A stretch of DNA of 59,719 nucleotides from Luteimonas sp. (GCA_051953015.1 JBQCJF010000001.1:1-59719), one strand, 5' to 3'. Numbered from the stretch's first letter, positions 41,701 through 52,789 are shown. The notes: generated by a model not told the origin, from the sequence alone. Numbers and translations: made by a program.

Positions 41701-43212
41701 TCAGAACTTGTGGGCGCCGTGCGCGCCGAGGCTGGTCTGGTATTGCAGGACGATGGCGTTGTCGGTCGCGTCGGCACTGGGCTTCTCGCGGCTGAGCTGC
41801 AGGCGGACGAGGCTGAACTCGCTGTTGCGCCAGGTGGCTTCGAGGCTGTGGCGGTACGGATCGAACGAGCTGGCGAACGGGCCGGTGTCGTCGGCACGCA
41901 ACCTGTCGTAGCGATAGCCGAAGTCCCAGGTGCGGTTGAGGCGGTACACGCCCTCGACGTAGCCGCCGCGGCGCTTGCCGATCCACGGGATCGCGGCGCC
42001 GACGCCTTCCGGGTCGACGTACATGCCGTCGCGGTCGTCGACGAGGTATTCGCTTCGGAACGTGACGCCGCCGTCCTTGAAGTTGCCCTGCGGCGCCCAC
42101 TTCCAGGTCGCATCGGCCACGTACACGGTGGCGTCGCCGTCGAAGCCGTCCTCGCCTCCGGCGGTGCGCGTCTTCAGCATCGACACGCCGGCGAGCCATT
42201 CGTTCTCCGCGCCGGCGTCGCCGCCGGCGTGCGCGAACAGCGTGCGCGTGCCGAGCCCGCCGCGCTGCGCGCCGCCGGACGGAAACGACTGGCCGCGGAA
42301 CACCTCGCCGCCGAGTTCCAGGAACGTCGACGTCGGCGCGACCCAGCGCAGCTGCACGCCGTCGTCGCCGTACTGGCCGCCGAGGAACGCCTGGTAGGCC
42401 AGCGGCCGGTCGAAGAAGCTGTCGGTGTGCGCGTGGTGGCTGTTGAGGTAGCCGATGTTGGAGAAGAAGCGGCCGACCCGCGCCGACAGTCCGTTCGGCA
42501 GCGCGGTGGTGTCGACGTACGCCTCCTCGACGCCGAGGTGGTCCTCGCCGTCCTCGTTCTCGACCGACAGCGTCAGCTGGCCGTAGAACTTGTCGTCGAT
42601 GTTGGCGGCGAACGACACCTCGCTTTCGCCGAGCGAGAAGCCGCGCTCGCCCGGACCGGCCTCGCCCGCGAGCGGGAAACCGCTGCGCTCGAACGCGGCC
42701 GGATCCAGCGAGTGGTGCGCGAGGCTGCCGTTGAGGATGATCGCGATCGCGGGGTTGAACGCATTCGCGCCGCTCCCGCTGGCGCCGCCGGCATCGGCGG
42801 GCGCCTCGAGCGTCGCGTTCTCCGTCGCGGCGATGGCCGGCGCGGCGACGTCGCCGGCCGCGGCGGCATCGTCGCCCGGCTCGGCGGCGAGCGCTTCGAG
42901 GTCATCGCCAGCGTCCGTCGCAGCGGTCGAAGCCGCCGCGTTCCCGGTGGTCACGGTGGCGGTCGACCCGACCAGCGTGCCCGCGCGCGTGCCGGAACCG
43001 CCGGGGCGCAGCGCCCGGAGCTCGGCCTCCAGCGCCGCGATCCGCGCCTCGAGCGCCGAAATCCGCACGTCTTCGGGCGATTGCGCCGGCTGCGCCGCGG
43101 CCGCGCCGGGGTTGGCGGCGGAGCCCGGATCGCCGGCCGGGGCCGACTGGGCCAGGGCGGGGACGGACGGAAGGGCTGCCAGCAGGGCTAGGCCGAGCGC
43201 GGTTCGCTTCAT
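41701..43212 (-). CDS. Zinc-regulated outer-membrane beta-barrel (porin/receptor-like)
   Basis: Signal peptide, coiled coil, FNPAI, EEAY, GYLNSHHAH, SEFS and terminal GAHGAHKF; Zur box upstream. Confidence 0.75.
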   Translation of the reverse strand: MKRTALGLALLAALPSVPALAQSAPAGDPGSAANPGAAAAQPAQSPEDVRISALEARIAALEAELRALRPGGSGTRAGTLVGSTATVTTGNAAASTAATDAGDDLEALAAEPGDDAAAAGDVAAPAIAATENATLEAPADAGGASGSGANAFNPAIAIILNGSLAHHSLDPAAFERSGFPLAGEAGPGERGFSLGESEVSFAANIDDKFYGQLTLSVENEDGEDHLGVEEAYVDTTALPNGLSARVGRFFSNIGYLNSHHAHTDSFFDRPLAYQAFLGGQYGDDGVQLRWVAPTSTFLELGGEVFRGQSFPSGGAQRGGLGTRTLFAHAGGDAGAENEWLAGVSMLKTRTAGGEDGFDGDATVYVADATWKWAPQGNFKDGGVTFRSEYLVDDRDGMYVDPEGVGAAIPWIGKRRGGYVEGVYRLNRTWDFGYRYDRLRADDTGPFASSFDPYRHSLEATWRNSEFSLVRLQLSREKPSADATDNAIVLQYQTSLGAHGAHKF

Positions 43213-43238
43213 GGGGGAGGCAGTGGCTGACCGGGAAG

Positions 43239-43251
43239 GTTATAACATAAC
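43239..43251. promoter_or_regulatory. Zur box GTTATAACATAAC overlapping the -10 of the porin-znuAB promoter
   Basis: Matches GTTATnnnATAAC. Minus-strand TTGACC at 43266-43271 and TG-n-TATGTT at 43244-43252. Confidence 0.75.
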
Positions 43252-43347
43252 AATCCAGCGGGCCCGGTCAAGCATGACCGATGGCATGGCCCGTCCCAGG
43301 CCGGCCTTCCCCGCCCGCCCGTGGGAACGTTGATCCGGTTGCGGGCG

Positions 43348-43842
43348 TCAGCCGCTGCAGCGGGCGCAGAGCCCGTGCACTTCCAGCGTCTGCGCCTGCG
43401 GCATGAAGCCCAGTGCGCGCGCGCGTTCGTCCAGCGCCGCGACCACCGCCTCGTCCTCCAGCTCCACCGCCGAATGGCAGCGGTCGCAGATCAGGAACGG
43501 CACCGAGTGCTGCTCGGTGTTCGGGTGGTGGCAGGCGACGAACGCGTTCACCGATTCCAGCTTGTGGATGAAGCCGTTGGCGAGCAGGAAGTCGAGCGCG
43601 CGATACACCGTCGGCGGCGCCGCCGCGCCGACGCCGTCGTCGTGGCCCGCGGCCGGCTTGAGCATCTCCAGCAGGTCGTAGGCCTTCACCGGCCTGCCCG
43701 CGTCGGCGATCAGGCCGAGTACGCGCGCGCGCACCGGCGTCAGCCGCAGGCCGCGCGCGTGGCACGCGGCCTCGACCGCGGCGACGAAGTCGGCGGCGCC
43801 GTGGACGTGGTGCTTCGGATCGGTGCAGGCGGGCTTGCGCAT
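43348..43842 (-). CDS. zur: Fur-family regulator, Zur-type
   Basis: RLTPVR.RVL, KAYDLL, PPTVYRALDFL, HKLES.NAF..C, FLICDRC, EVHGLCARC; next to zinc-uptake genes. Confidence 0.88.
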   Translation of the reverse strand: MRKPACTDPKHHVHGAADFVAAVEAACHARGLRLTPVRARVLGLIADAGRPVKAYDLLEMLKPAAGHDDGVGAAAPPTVYRALDFLLANGFIHKLESVNAFVACHHPNTEQHSVPFLICDRCHSAVELEDEAVVAALDERARALGFMPQAQTLEVHGLCARCSG

Positions 43843-43900
43843 GGTGTCGATGATGGTGGCGGCGGCCGCGCGGCTCAAGCCCGCGCGCCGGCCGCCGCGT

Positions 43901-45316
43901 TCAGGCCGCGGGGATCCGCGCCAGCGCGGCGTCGATGCGGGCCAGCGCCTCGTCGCGGCCGCACAGGTACACGGTCTGGCCGATGTCCGGGCTGACCTGG
44001 GTGCCGGTGATCGCGACCCGCATCGGCTGGGCGATCTTGCCCATGCCCAGGCCCGCGGCTTCGGCGGCGGCCTTCAGCGCTTCTCCGATCGCCTCGGGGG
44101 TCCAGTCCGGCAGCGCCGCGAGCCGCGCGCGCGCGTCGGCCAGCGGGCCGCGCGCCTCGGGCTTCAGGTGCTTGGCGACGGCGGCCTCGTCGTAGTCCGT
44201 CAACGGCTGGAACCACACGGCCGACTTCTCCGCCATTTCCTTCAGCGTCTGCGCGCGCTCGCGCAGCGCGACCACGAGGTCGGCGGGCTTCGGGCCCCTC
44301 GACAGGTCGTAGCCGGCCGCGCGCAGGTGCCATTCCAGATGCTTCGCAACGTCTTCAGGCGCGTCGTTCTTAAGGTACTGCTGGTTGAGCCAGCCGAGCT
44401 TCGCCGGATCCAGGCGCGAGGCCTTCGCGTTGACGTCCTTCAGGTCGAACAGCGACTGCATTTCCGGGATCGTGAAGATCTCCTGGTCGCCGTGCGACCA
44501 GCCGAGCCGCACCAGGTAGTTGAGCAGCGCGTGCGGCAGGTAGCCGGCGTCGCGGTACTGCATCACGTCGGCGGCGCCGGTGCGCTTGCTGAGCTTGGCG
44601 CCGTGCTCGTCGAGGATCATCGGCAGGTGCGCGAACGCGGGCACGTCCGCCCCGAGCGCCTTGTAGATGTTGATCTGCCGCGGCGTGTTGTTGACGTGGT
44701 CGTCGCCGCGCACCACGTCGGTGATGCGCATGTCGATGTCGTCCACGACCACCGCGAAGTTGTAGGTCGCGTAGCCGTCGGAGCGGTAGATCACGAGGTC
44801 GTCGAGCTCGCTGTTGGCGATCTCGATGCGGCCCTTGACCTTGTCGTCCCACGCCACCGTGCCGTCGAGCGGATTGCGGAAGCGGATGACGCGGTTGGGG
44901 TCGTCACGGAAGCCGGCGTTCGCATCGCGGTATGCGCCGTTGTAGCGAGGCTTCTCGTTCGCAGCCATGGCCTTCTCGCGCATCGCCTCGAGTTCTTCCT
45001 TCGTCTCGTAGGCGTAGTACGCGTGGCCGGAGGCGACGAGCTGCTCCGCGACTTCCTTGTAGCGCTCCAGGCGATGGGTCTGGTAGATCGGGCCTTCGTC
45101 GTAATCGAGGCCGAGCCAGTCCATCGCTTCGAGGATCGCGTCGATCGCGGCCTGCGTGCTGCGCTCGCGGTCGGTGTCCTCGATGCGCAGGATGAACTGG
45201 CCGCCGCGCCGGCGCGCCTCCAGCCAGCAGTACAGCGCGGTGCGCGCGCCGCCGATGTGCAGGTAGCCGGTCGGGCTGGGGGCGAAGCGGGTGCGGCAGG
45301 GCGAGGTCTGTGACAT
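43901..45316 (-). CDS. gltX: Glutamate--tRNA ligase
   Basis: [31 protein letters not shown]; anticodon-binding domain present. Confidence 0.97.
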   Translation of the reverse strand: MSQTSPCRTRFAPSPTGYLHIGGARTALYCWLEARRRGGQFILRIEDTDRERSTQAAIDAILEAMDWLGLDYDEGPIYQTHRLERYKEVAEQLVASGHAYYAYETKEELEAMREKAMAANEKPRYNGAYRDANAGFRDDPNRVIRFRNPLDGTVAWDDKVKGRIEIANSELDDLVIYRSDGYATYNFAVVVDDIDMRITDVVRGDDHVNNTPRQINIYKALGADVPAFAHLPMILDEHGAKLSKRTGAADVMQYRDAGYLPHALLNYLVRLGWSHGDQEIFTIPEMQSLFDLKDVNAKASRLDPAKLGWLNQQYLKNDAPEDVAKHLEWHLRAAGYDLSRGPKPADLVVALRERAQTLKEMAEKSAVWFQPLTDYDEAAVAKHLKPEARGPLADARARLAALPDWTPEAIGEALKAAAEAAGLGMGKIAQPMRVAITGTQVSPDIGQTVYLCGRDEALARIDAALARIPAA

Positions 45317-45355
45317 CCGGCGATTTTACCCGACCCACCCCGATACAATGACCCC

Positions 45356-46075
45356 ATGACCACGCTGTTCGTCTCCGACCTGCACCTGGACCCCGAGCGG
45401 CCGGCGATCACCGAGCTGTTCGGGCGCTTCCTCGACGAGGAAGCCCGCGGCGCGGAAGCGCTGTACATCCTCGGCGACCTGTTCGAAGCCTGGGTGGGCG
45501 ACGACGATCCATCCGAAGCGGGCGCGCGCGTCGCCGGGAAGCTGCGCGCGCTGCGCGACGCCGGCGTGCCGGTGCGCTTCATCCGCGGCAACCGCGACTT
45601 CCTGCTCGGCGAGGACTACGCGCGGCGCGCCGGCATGGAGATCCTGCCCGACCCCGCCGTCGTGATGCTGCACGGGAAGCCGACGCTGGTGATGCACGGC
45701 GACCTGCTGTGCAGCGACGACACCGCCTACCAGGCGTTCCGCGCGCAGGCCCGCGATCCGCGCTGGCAGGCGCAGTTCCTGGCGCAGCCGCTGCAGGCGC
45801 GCCTCGCGTTCGCGCAGCAGGCGCGCGCTGCGAGCCAGGCGCACCAGTCGGGCCTGCAGGCGCAGGGCGCGATGGAGGCGATCACCGACGCGACGCCGGC
45901 GACCGTGGCCGACACGTTCTCGCGCTACGGCATCGACCGCATCATCCACGGCCACACGCATCGCCCGAAGGTGCACGAGGAAGCCGGTGGCACCCGCATC
46001 GTCCTCGGCGACTGGTACGAGCAGGGCTCGGTGCTGCGCGTCGATCCGGACCGCTTCGAGCTCGCCGCGCTCTGA
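45356..46075 (+). CDS. lpxH: UDP-2,3-diacylglucosamine diphosphatase
   Basis: SDLHL, GDLFE.WVGDD, GNRDF, HGD, HGHTHRP, LGDW. Confidence 0.95.
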   Translation: MTTLFVSDLHLDPERPAITELFGRFLDEEARGAEALYILGDLFEAWVGDDDPSEAGARVAGKLRALRDAGVPVRFIRGNRDFLLGEDYARRAGMEILPDPAVVMLHGKPTLVMHGDLLCSDDTAYQAFRAQARDPRWQAQFLAQPLQARLAFAQQARAASQAHQSGLQAQGAMEAITDATPATVADTFSRYGIDRIIHGHTHRPKVHEEAGGTRIVLGDWYEQGSVLRVDPDRFELAAL

Positions 46076-46102
46076 AAAAACCGCTGGAACGGGCGGCGCG
46101 CT

Positions 46103-46333
46103 CTACGCCGCGGTTTCGTTGTTGCGCGCGCCGCGCAGGTTCAACGCGAACAGGCCGACCTGCAGGCCGATCAGCGCCCAGGCGTGGTCGTGCCAGCCCC
46201 AGGCGATCCAGAGCAGGTTGCTGGCGATGAAACACCAGAACCCCCACTCGCGCCGCCCCTTCCGCTTCGAAGCCACCAGCCAGGCCGCGACCAGGGTCAC
46301 GACCATGGCGGGCCACTGCAGCAGGTCCAGCAT
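46103..46333 (-). CDS. Small 3-TM hypothetical membrane protein
   Basis: MLDLLQWPAM...GFWCFIASNLLWIAWG; start overlaps the upstream stop (TGATG). Confidence 0.7.
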   Translation of the reverse strand: MLDLLQWPAMVVTLVAAWLVASKRKGRREWGFWCFIASNLLWIAWGWHDHAWALIGLQVGLFALNLRGARNNETAA

Positions 46334-46950
46334 CAGCGCGCCTCGACCGGTTCCGCGCAGCCCTTGTAGGTGATGCCGCCGTAGATGAAGGTCGAGGCGA
46401 AATCGTAGCTGCGGTCGGACATGCCGTCGCTGCACTTCCCGGGCGTGACGCCGAGATGGAATTCGCCCTTCGGCCCGCTGCCGAGGATCACCGTGCCCAC
46501 CAGCGACGGCACGCGACGTCCGAGCAGGGTCACGCCGTCCTGGTCGTCCGGCGTCGTGAACACCAGCGTGCCGCCGCGGGCCTGCACGCTCCAGAACGGT
46601 TCGTTGCCGAAGGCGTGCCAGCCGGCGCCGGGCGCCGGATTCCTCGGGCCTCCCGGGGCGTCGGGCGCCGGTTCGCCGACGCGGATCCCCTGCGCCTGCC
46701 CCGGCGCGTCGGAGCCGTCCGCCGGCGCGTCCTGGCGCGGTGGCGACGTGGTGCCGGCCGGGCGCGGTTCCGAGGCGTCCGCAGGCGCCGGCGTGGCCGC
46801 CGCATCTGTCGTGACGGCGGCGGGCTCCGCGGCCGGCGAGCCGGCCTGCGCGGTGGTCGCGGCCGCGGCCGGATCCGTCGCGTCCGCGGAACGGGCGCAT
46901 CCGGCGACGGCGATCAGCAGCAGCATCGGGATCATGGTCTTCGCCTGCAT
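46333..46950 (-). CDS. Lipoprotein, COG3650-like
   Basis: GAGGAG RBS; lipobox VAGC; Ala/Pro linker; GNEPFW, CSDGMSDR.Y, GCA. Confidence 0.8.
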   Translation of the reverse strand: MQAKTMIPMLLLIAVAGCARSADATDPAAAATTAQAGSPAAEPAAVTTDAAATPAPADASEPRPAGTTSPPRQDAPADGSDAPGQAQGIRVGEPAPDAPGGPRNPAPGAGWHAFGNEPFWSVQARGGTLVFTTPDDQDGVTLLGRRVPSLVGTVILGSGPKGEFHLGVTPGKCSDGMSDRSYDFASTFIYGGITYKGCAEPVEAR

Positions 46951-46994
46951 GGCGGCTCCTCCTCGGGCTTCGCGCGACGGTAGGCGCCGCGGCG

Positions 46995-47807
46995 TCAGGA
47001 TGCGGTGAGCGCCTCGGCCTCCAGTCCGGCCAGTTCCTCCGCGTCGAAACCCGCGGCGAGGCGCGCGTCGACGTTGAAGGGCCCGTGCAGCACGCCGCCC
47101 GCGTATTCGCGCAGCAGCGCGCGGAACCGCGCCGCCGGCTCGACGCCGGCGCGCTCGCAATGCCAGCGGTACCAGCGCGAGCCCGCGGCGACGTGCGCGA
47201 CTTCCTCGCGCAGGATCAGCTCGAGGATCGCGGCGGTGGCGCCGTCGCCGAGCTGGCGCAGCTTCACGATCATGCCCGGCGTCACGTCGAGCCCGCGCGC
47301 CTCGAGCACGCGCGGCACCAGCGCCATCCGCGCCAGGCCGTCGTGCGCGGTCTTCTCCGCCATCTCCCACAGCCCGTTGTGCGCGTCGAAGTCGCCGTAG
47401 TCGCGGCCGTGCTCCCGCAGCCGCGCGCGCAGCAGGCCGAAGTGGCGCGCCTCGTCGGCGGCGACGCCGACCCAGTCCGCGTAGTAGTCCCCCGGCATCC
47501 CGCGGAAGCGGTACGCGGCGTCCCAGGCCAGGTCGATCGCGTTGAACTCGATGTGGGCGACGGCGTGGATGAAGGCGGCGCGTCCCTCCTCGCTGCCGAA
47601 GCCGCGACGCGGCAGCTCGCGCGGATGCACCAGCCGCGGCCGCGCGGGGCGGCCCGGCATCGCGATCGGTCGCGGCGGCGGCACGTCGGTCGGCAGGTCC
47701 AGCGCACCGCGCGCGAAGGCGTCCGCGGCGGCGAAGGTGGCTTCGAGCTTGGCGTCCGGCGTCGCCGCGTCGAGGCAGGCGCGTGCGGCGTCGAAGAGCG
47801 ACGTCAT
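46995..47807 (-). CDS. Ferritin-like domain protein (DUF455)
   Basis: HAVAHIEFNAIDLAWD, DEARHF, LEARGLD, EEVAHV. Confidence 0.88.
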   Translation of the reverse strand: MTSLFDAARACLDAATPDAKLEATFAAADAFARGALDLPTDVPPPRPIAMPGRPARPRLVHPRELPRRGFGSEEGRAAFIHAVAHIEFNAIDLAWDAAYRFRGMPGDYYADWVGVAADEARHFGLLRARLREHGRDYGDFDAHNGLWEMAEKTAHDGLARMALVPRVLEARGLDVTPGMIVKLRQLGDGATAAILELILREEVAHVAAGSRWYRWHCERAGVEPAARFRALLREYAGGVLHGPFNVDARLAAGFDAEELAGLEAEALTAS

Positions 47808-47811
47808 CGCG

Positions 47812-49281
47812 TCAGGACGCGCGGCGCGACTTCTTGGCGTCGTCGGAACGCAGCTGGCGGATGCGCTCGAAGTAGCCCGGCTCGACGCCGGTGACGTAGT
47901 CGCCGTCGAAGCAGGACGAATCGAAATCCGTGACCTTGCGCTTCGGCCCCGACACCGCCTCTTCGAGGTCGGCCAGGTCCTGGTAGATCAGCCAGTCGAC
48001 GCCGAGCAGCGACTGCACCTCGTCGTCGCTGCGGTCGTGCGCGACCAGTTCCTCCGCCGACGGCATGTCGATGCCGTACACGTTCGGATGGCGCACCGGG
48101 GGCGCGGCCGACGCGAGGTAGACCTTGCGCGCGCCCGCGTCGCGGGCCAGCTGCACGATCTGCTTCGAAGTGGTGCCGCGCACGATCGAATCGTCCACCA
48201 GCAGCACGACCCGGTCCTTGAACTCGAGCGGGATCGTGTTGAGCTTGCGGCGCACCGACTTCGCGCGCTCGCCCTGCCCCGGCATGATGAAGGTGCGGCC
48301 GACGTAGCGGTTCTTGACGAAGCCCTCGCGGTACTTCACGCCGAGCACGTTGGCGATCTCCATCGCGGAATCGCGCGAGGTGTCCGGGATCGGGATCACC
48401 ACGTCGATGTCGTGGTCCGGGCGCAGGCGCTGGATCTTCTCGCCGAGCTTGACGCCCATGCGCATCCGCGCCTTGTGCACCGAGATGTCGTCCATCATCG
48501 AGTCGGGACGCGCGAAATACACGAATTCGAAGATGCACGGGGTGTGCTTCTGCGGCTCGGCGCAGCGCCGCGCGTGCAGCTCGCCGCGCGCGGTGACGAC
48601 CACCGCCTCGCCCGGCGCGACGTCGCGCAGGCGCTCGAAGCCGAGGATGTCCAGCGCCACCGATTCGGACGCCACCGCGTATTCGTCGCCGCCCGCGCCC
48701 CTGCGCACGCCGAGCACCAGCGGCCGGATCCCGTTCGGGTCGCGGAACGCGACCAGGCCGAGGCCCAGCACCATGGTGACCACCGCATACCCTCCGCGCG
48801 CGCGGCGGTTCACGCCCTCGACCGCGCGGAACGCCGCTTCCGGCGTCAGCGCCTTCTGCGTGTCCAGCTCGTGCGCGAACACGTTCAGCAGCACTTCCGA
48901 ATCGGATTCGGTGTTGACGTTGCGCCGATCCTGCTCGAACACCTCGCGGCGCAGCGCGTCGGTGTTCACGAGGTTGCCGTTGTGCGCGAGCGCGATGCCG
49001 TAGGGCGAATTCACGTAGAAAGGCTGGGCTTCGTCGTTGCCCTCGCTGCCGGCCGTCGGATAGCGGCAGTGCGCGATGCCGAACCGGCCCTCGAGCAGGC
49101 GCATCGACTTCGCGTCGAAGACGTCGCGGGCCAGGCCGTTGCCCTTGTGCACGTGCAGGTGCGAACCGTCGGCGGTGGCGATGCCCGCGGCGTCCTGGCC
49201 GCGGTGCTGCAGCACGGTCAGTCCGTCGTAGAGCTGGGCCGCGACGTCCTGGTTGGCGACGATGCCGATGATGCCGCACAT
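47812..49281 (-). CDS. purF: Amidophosphoribosyltransferase
   Basis: [33 protein letters not shown]. Confidence 0.97.
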   Translation of the reverse strand: MCGIIGIVANQDVAAQLYDGLTVLQHRGQDAAGIATADGSHLHVHKGNGLARDVFDAKSMRLLEGRFGIAHCRYPTAGSEGNDEAQPFYVNSPYGIALAHNGNLVNTDALRREVFEQDRRNVNTESDSEVLLNVFAHELDTQKALTPEAAFRAVEGVNRRARGGYAVVTMVLGLGLVAFRDPNGIRPLVLGVRRGAGGDEYAVASESVALDILGFERLRDVAPGEAVVVTARGELHARRCAEPQKHTPCIFEFVYFARPDSMMDDISVHKARMRMGVKLGEKIQRLRPDHDIDVVIPIPDTSRDSAMEIANVLGVKYREGFVKNRYVGRTFIMPGQGERAKSVRRKLNTIPLEFKDRVVLLVDDSIVRGTTSKQIVQLARDAGARKVYLASAAPPVRHPNVYGIDMPSAEELVAHDRSDDEVQSLLGVDWLIYQDLADLEEAVSGPKRKVTDFDSSCFDGDYVTGVEPGYFERIRQLRSDDAKKSRRAS

Positions 49282-49302
49282 GGCGATGACTCCGTGGGCC
49301 CG

Positions 49303-49857
49303 TCAGGCGCCCGGTTGCGGCAACGCGAGCGCGTCGCCGGGAACGATGGAATTGGTGCGCGAAGGCCCGAAATCAACCCGCCGCGCCGCCCACGGTGGCA
49401 GCAGGCCGCGCATCAGCTGCGCGCCGGGCAACAGCATCGGCACCACCTCCGATTCGCGCCAGCCCGGCTCGCGCGGCATCGTGGTGAAGCCCATCAGCAG
49501 GACCAGCAGGCAGGCGACGAAACCGCCGCGCACCGCCCCGAGCGCCAGCCCGAGCACGCGGTCGACGCCGGACAGGCCCACCGCCTTCACCAGCTTGCGC
49601 ACCAGCCAGCCGACGACGCCGACCACCAGCAAAACGCACAGGAAGCTCAGGCCGTAGCCCGCGAACAGCTGGCCCGCGCTCGGCGCCCCGTGGCCGCCGG
49701 CCAGCATCAGCGCGATGCGCGCGCCGAAGTGGAACGACGCCCAGCCCGCGAGCAGCCACGCCAGCAGCGACACGACGACGCCGACGAAGCCGCGCATCAG
49801 CCCGAACAGCATCGAGAGCCCGATCACCGCCAGCAGCACGAGGTCGGTGGCGGTCAT
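49303..49857 (-). CDS. cvpA: CvpA family membrane protein
   Basis: D.......S...G..RGF, DRVLG..LG..RG; conserved position upstream of purF. Confidence 0.9.
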   Translation of the reverse strand: MTATDLVLLAVIGLSMLFGLMRGFVGVVVSLLAWLLAGWASFHFGARIALMLAGGHGAPSAGQLFAGYGLSFLCVLLVVGVVGWLVRKLVKAVGLSGVDRVLGLALGAVRGGFVACLLVLLMGFTTMPREPGWRESEVVPMLLPGAQLMRGLLPPWAARRVDFGPSRTNSIVPGDALALPQPGA

Positions 49858-49864
49858 CGCGATC

Positions 49865-50836
49865 TCAGGGATGCGGGCGGACCGCGCCCGCGATGCCGAG
49901 TTTCGCCTGCGCCTGCGCCTGCAGGCGCTCGGCTTCGGCGCGCGTCGCGACTGGACCGAGGCGCACGCGGCTCAGCGTGCCCTTGTCGGTCGTCACGGCT
50001 TCGACGAAGGCGCTGAAGCCCGCGGCGCGCGCGCGATCGCGCAGCGCGTTGGCGTCGGCCGCCTTGCTGAACGCGGCGAGCTGCACGGCGAAACCGGTGT
50101 CCGCGGCCGCGGGCGCCGGCGCGGCAGGCGTCGCCGCCGGCTTCGCAGCCGCGACGGGTGTCTTCGCCGGCGCGACGGAGGTTTTCGCCGGCGCCGGCGC
50201 GGTCGCACCCGAAGGCTTCGGCGCTTCGACCGGTGCCGACGTCGCGGGCGCGACCTCCGCGACCGGGGAAGCGACCGCCGCCGTCGGCGCATCGAGCACG
50301 ACGACCTGCAGGCTGCCGCGGCCGCCGGCCTGGCTGGCGCGCAGGCGCGCGGATTCGGCGTCGGGACGGGTCGCGAACGGACCGATGCGCACGCGCTGCA
50401 CGGCCTGCCCGTTCACGTTGGTCGCCGCCTCGCGGTAACCCGGCAGGTGCGACGCGCGCAGCGACGCCACCGCGGCGTCGGCGAGCTGGACGCTCGGGAA
50501 ATCGCCGAATTCGACCGCGTAGTCGCCGGCCGCGCTCGCCGCGGGATACATGTCGGCATTGTCGCCGGGCAGCGGCTGCGCCGCGTCCGCCGCATCCGTG
50601 GCGGCGGCATCGGGCGCCTGCATGCCGAGCGCGCCGCCCGCCGGCGTGGCGCCGGGCTCGACGAGCGGCAGTTCCTGGGTGTCGAAGTCGCCCTTCGGCG
50701 CGTCCGGCACCGACAGCGGGACGTTCGACGCGCCGCTGTCCGGCGCGGGGCCCTGCACGAGCATCGGCAGGAAGATCACCGCCAGCGCCACCAGGACGCC
50801 GGCGCCCACGAGGCGCTGTTTCAGTGCGGGTTCCAT
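49865..50836 (-). CDS. dedD: SPOR-domain cell division protein (DedD-like, two SPOR domains)
   Basis: LKQRLVGA.VLVALAVIFLP; two RVR.GP SPOR motifs; folC-dedD-cvpA-purF synteny. Confidence 0.85.
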   Translation of the reverse strand: MEPALKQRLVGAGVLVALAVIFLPMLVQGPAPDSGASNVPLSVPDAPKGDFDTQELPLVEPGATPAGGALGMQAPDAAATDAADAAQPLPGDNADMYPAASAAGDYAVEFGDFPSVQLADAAVASLRASHLPGYREAATNVNGQAVQRVRIGPFATRPDAESARLRASQAGGRGSLQVVVLDAPTAAVASPVAEVAPATSAPVEAPKPSGATAPAPAKTSVAPAKTPVAAAKPAATPAAPAPAAADTGFAVQLAAFSKAADANALRDRARAAGFSAFVEAVTTDKGTLSRVRLGPVATRAEAERLQAQAQAKLGIAGAVRPHP

Positions 50837-50866
50837 CGGCGCTCGCGGATTGCGGAGGGCGCGGAA

Positions 50867-52144
50867 TTATACCGCCAGCGCCTGAATCGCCGCCGCCGCG
50901 GTGTGGAACGAGCCGAACACCAGGACCCGGTCGCCCGGCGCGGCCGCGGCCAGCGCGGCGGCCAGCGCGTCCCGGACCGTCGCGTGGCGCGCGCCGTCCG
51001 CCGCCAGCGTGCCCGCCAGGCGCGCCGCGAACGCATCCACGTCGAGGCCGCGCGGCCCCGCGTCCGCCAGTCCGGCGAGGTGCCAGGCATCGACGGCGCC
51101 GTCGAGCGCCGCCGCGACCCCGGCCGAATCCTTGTCGCCCAGCGCCGCGAACACCGCGACGGTGCGGCCCGCCACCGGTTCGCGCCGCAGCCAGCGCGCC
51201 AGCTCGCGCGCCGCCTGCGGGTTGTGGCCGACGTCGACGAGCACCGCGACGCCGTCGCGTTCGAAGCGCTGCAGGCGCCCGGCCACCCGCGCCCGCGCGA
51301 CGCCGCGGCCGATCGCCTCCTCCGCGAGCGGCACGCGCAGCGCGCGCAGGGCCGCGATCGCGGTCGCCGCGTTGCGCAGCTGCACCGGCGCGGCGAGCGC
51401 GGGCAGCGGCAGCTCGTAGCGCCGCCCGACCTCGCGCCACTCCCAGCGCGCGCCGTCGCCGCGCGCATCGTCGAGCGGCGCGAAGAAGAAATCGCAGTTG
51501 GCGCGGATCGCCGACGCGCCGATCGCGTACGCGTGCCGCAGCACGCTCGCCGGCGGATCGTCGTCGCCCAGCACCAGCGGCTTCCACGGACGCGCGATCC
51601 CCGCCTTCTCGAAGCCGATCGCCTCGCGGTCGGCGCCCAGCCAGTCGACGTGGTCGATGTCGACCGTGGTGATCACCGACACGTCCGCGTCGACGATGTT
51701 CACCGCGTCCAGGCGGCCGCCGAGGCCGACTTCCAGCACCGCGAGGTCCAGCCCCTCGCGCGCGAAGCGCCACAACGCGCACAGCGTCCCGTACTCGAAA
51801 TAGGTGAGCGGCACGTCGCCGCGCGCGGCTTCCACCGCCTCGAAGCCGGCGACCAGCGACGCATCGTCTGCGTCGCGCCCGTCGATGCGCACGCGCTCGT
51901 TGTAGGCGACCAGGTGCGGCGAGGTGTAGGCGCCGGTGCGCCAACCCGCGGCCCGCGCGATCGCCTCGATGAAGGCGACCGTCGAGCCCTTGCCGTTGGT
52001 GCCGCCGACGACGATGACCCGCTTCGCCGGCCTGCCCGGCGCCATGCGCCGCGCGACCTCGCGCACGCGCTCGAGGCCGAGCTCGATCGATCGCGGATGC
52101 TGGCGCTCGATCCGCTCGAGCCACTCCGGCAGGTCCATCGGCAT
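50867..52144 (-). CDS. folC: Bifunctional folylpolyglutamate/dihydrofolate synthase
   Basis: GTNGKGS, YTSPHL, TYFE, LEVGLGGRLDA.N, EKAGI, DVGHNP. Confidence 0.96.
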   Translation of the reverse strand: MPMDLPEWLERIERQHPRSIELGLERVREVARRMAPGRPAKRVIVVGGTNGKGSTVAFIEAIARAAGWRTGAYTSPHLVAYNERVRIDGRDADDASLVAGFEAVEAARGDVPLTYFEYGTLCALWRFAREGLDLAVLEVGLGGRLDAVNIVDADVSVITTVDIDHVDWLGADREAIGFEKAGIARPWKPLVLGDDDPPASVLRHAYAIGASAIRANCDFFFAPLDDARGDGARWEWREVGRRYELPLPALAAPVQLRNAATAIAALRALRVPLAEEAIGRGVARARVAGRLQRFERDGVAVLVDVGHNPQAARELARWLRREPVAGRTVAVFAALGDKDSAGVAAALDGAVDAWHLAGLADAGPRGLDVDAFAARLAGTLAADGARHATVRDALAAALAAAAPGDRVLVFGSFHTAAAAIQALAV

Positions 52145-52789
52145 CTACAGCGCGCGGTGGACGGCTTCGCCGAACAGCGCGGTGTGGTGCGCGCAGTCGT
52201 TCAGCCGCACCAGCTCGAACCGGTCGGGCGACGGCCCCTCGAGCAGGTTCAGCGTGGTCGGCGCCTGGCGGAAGCTCCACAGCCGCGGCAGCGGCAGGCC
52301 GAGCACGCGGCACAGCAGCACGCGGTTCACCGCGTCGTGGGCGACCACCAGCAGCGTGTCGCCGTCGCCGAGCCCGTCGCAGGCGCGCTCCAGCGCGGGC
52401 CACGCGCGGTCGAGCACGTGCTGCAGCGATTCGCCGCCCGGCATCAGCACTTCGTGCGGCGCCTCGCGCCAGGCGCGGGCGCGTTCCGGGTCGCGTTCCC
52501 GGATCTCGGCGGCGAGCAGCCCCTCCCACTCGCCGTGCGCGATCTCCATCAGCCCGGGATCGGTCGCGAGCATCGGCGTCCTCGCCTCGCCGAGCGCCAG
52601 TTCCGCGGTGCGCCGCGCGCGCTTCAGCGGCGACGCGACGGCACGGTCGATGCGCACGTCGCGCAGGCGCTCGCCCAGCGCGTGCGCCTGCGCCTCGCCG
52701 GTCGCCGACAGCGCGATGTCTTCCTGGCCCTGGTAGCGGCCTTCCGCGTTCCAGGGCGTCTCGCCGTGGCGCGCGAGCAGCAGGCGCAT
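52145..52789 (-). CDS. Histidine phosphatase family protein (possible phosphoserine phosphatase)
   Basis: RHGET.WN...YQG, SPL.RA, GGES, VVAH, LND..H; coupled to serA. Confidence 0.85.
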   Translation of the reverse strand: MRLLLARHGETPWNAEGRYQGQEDIALSATGEAQAHALGERLRDVRIDRAVASPLKRARRTAELALGEARTPMLATDPGLMEIAHGEWEGLLAAEIRERDPERARAWREAPHEVLMPGGESLQHVLDRAWPALERACDGLGDGDTLLVVAHDAVNRVLLCRVLGLPLPRLWSFRQAPTTLNLLEGPSPDRFELVRLNDCAHHTALFGEAVHRAL

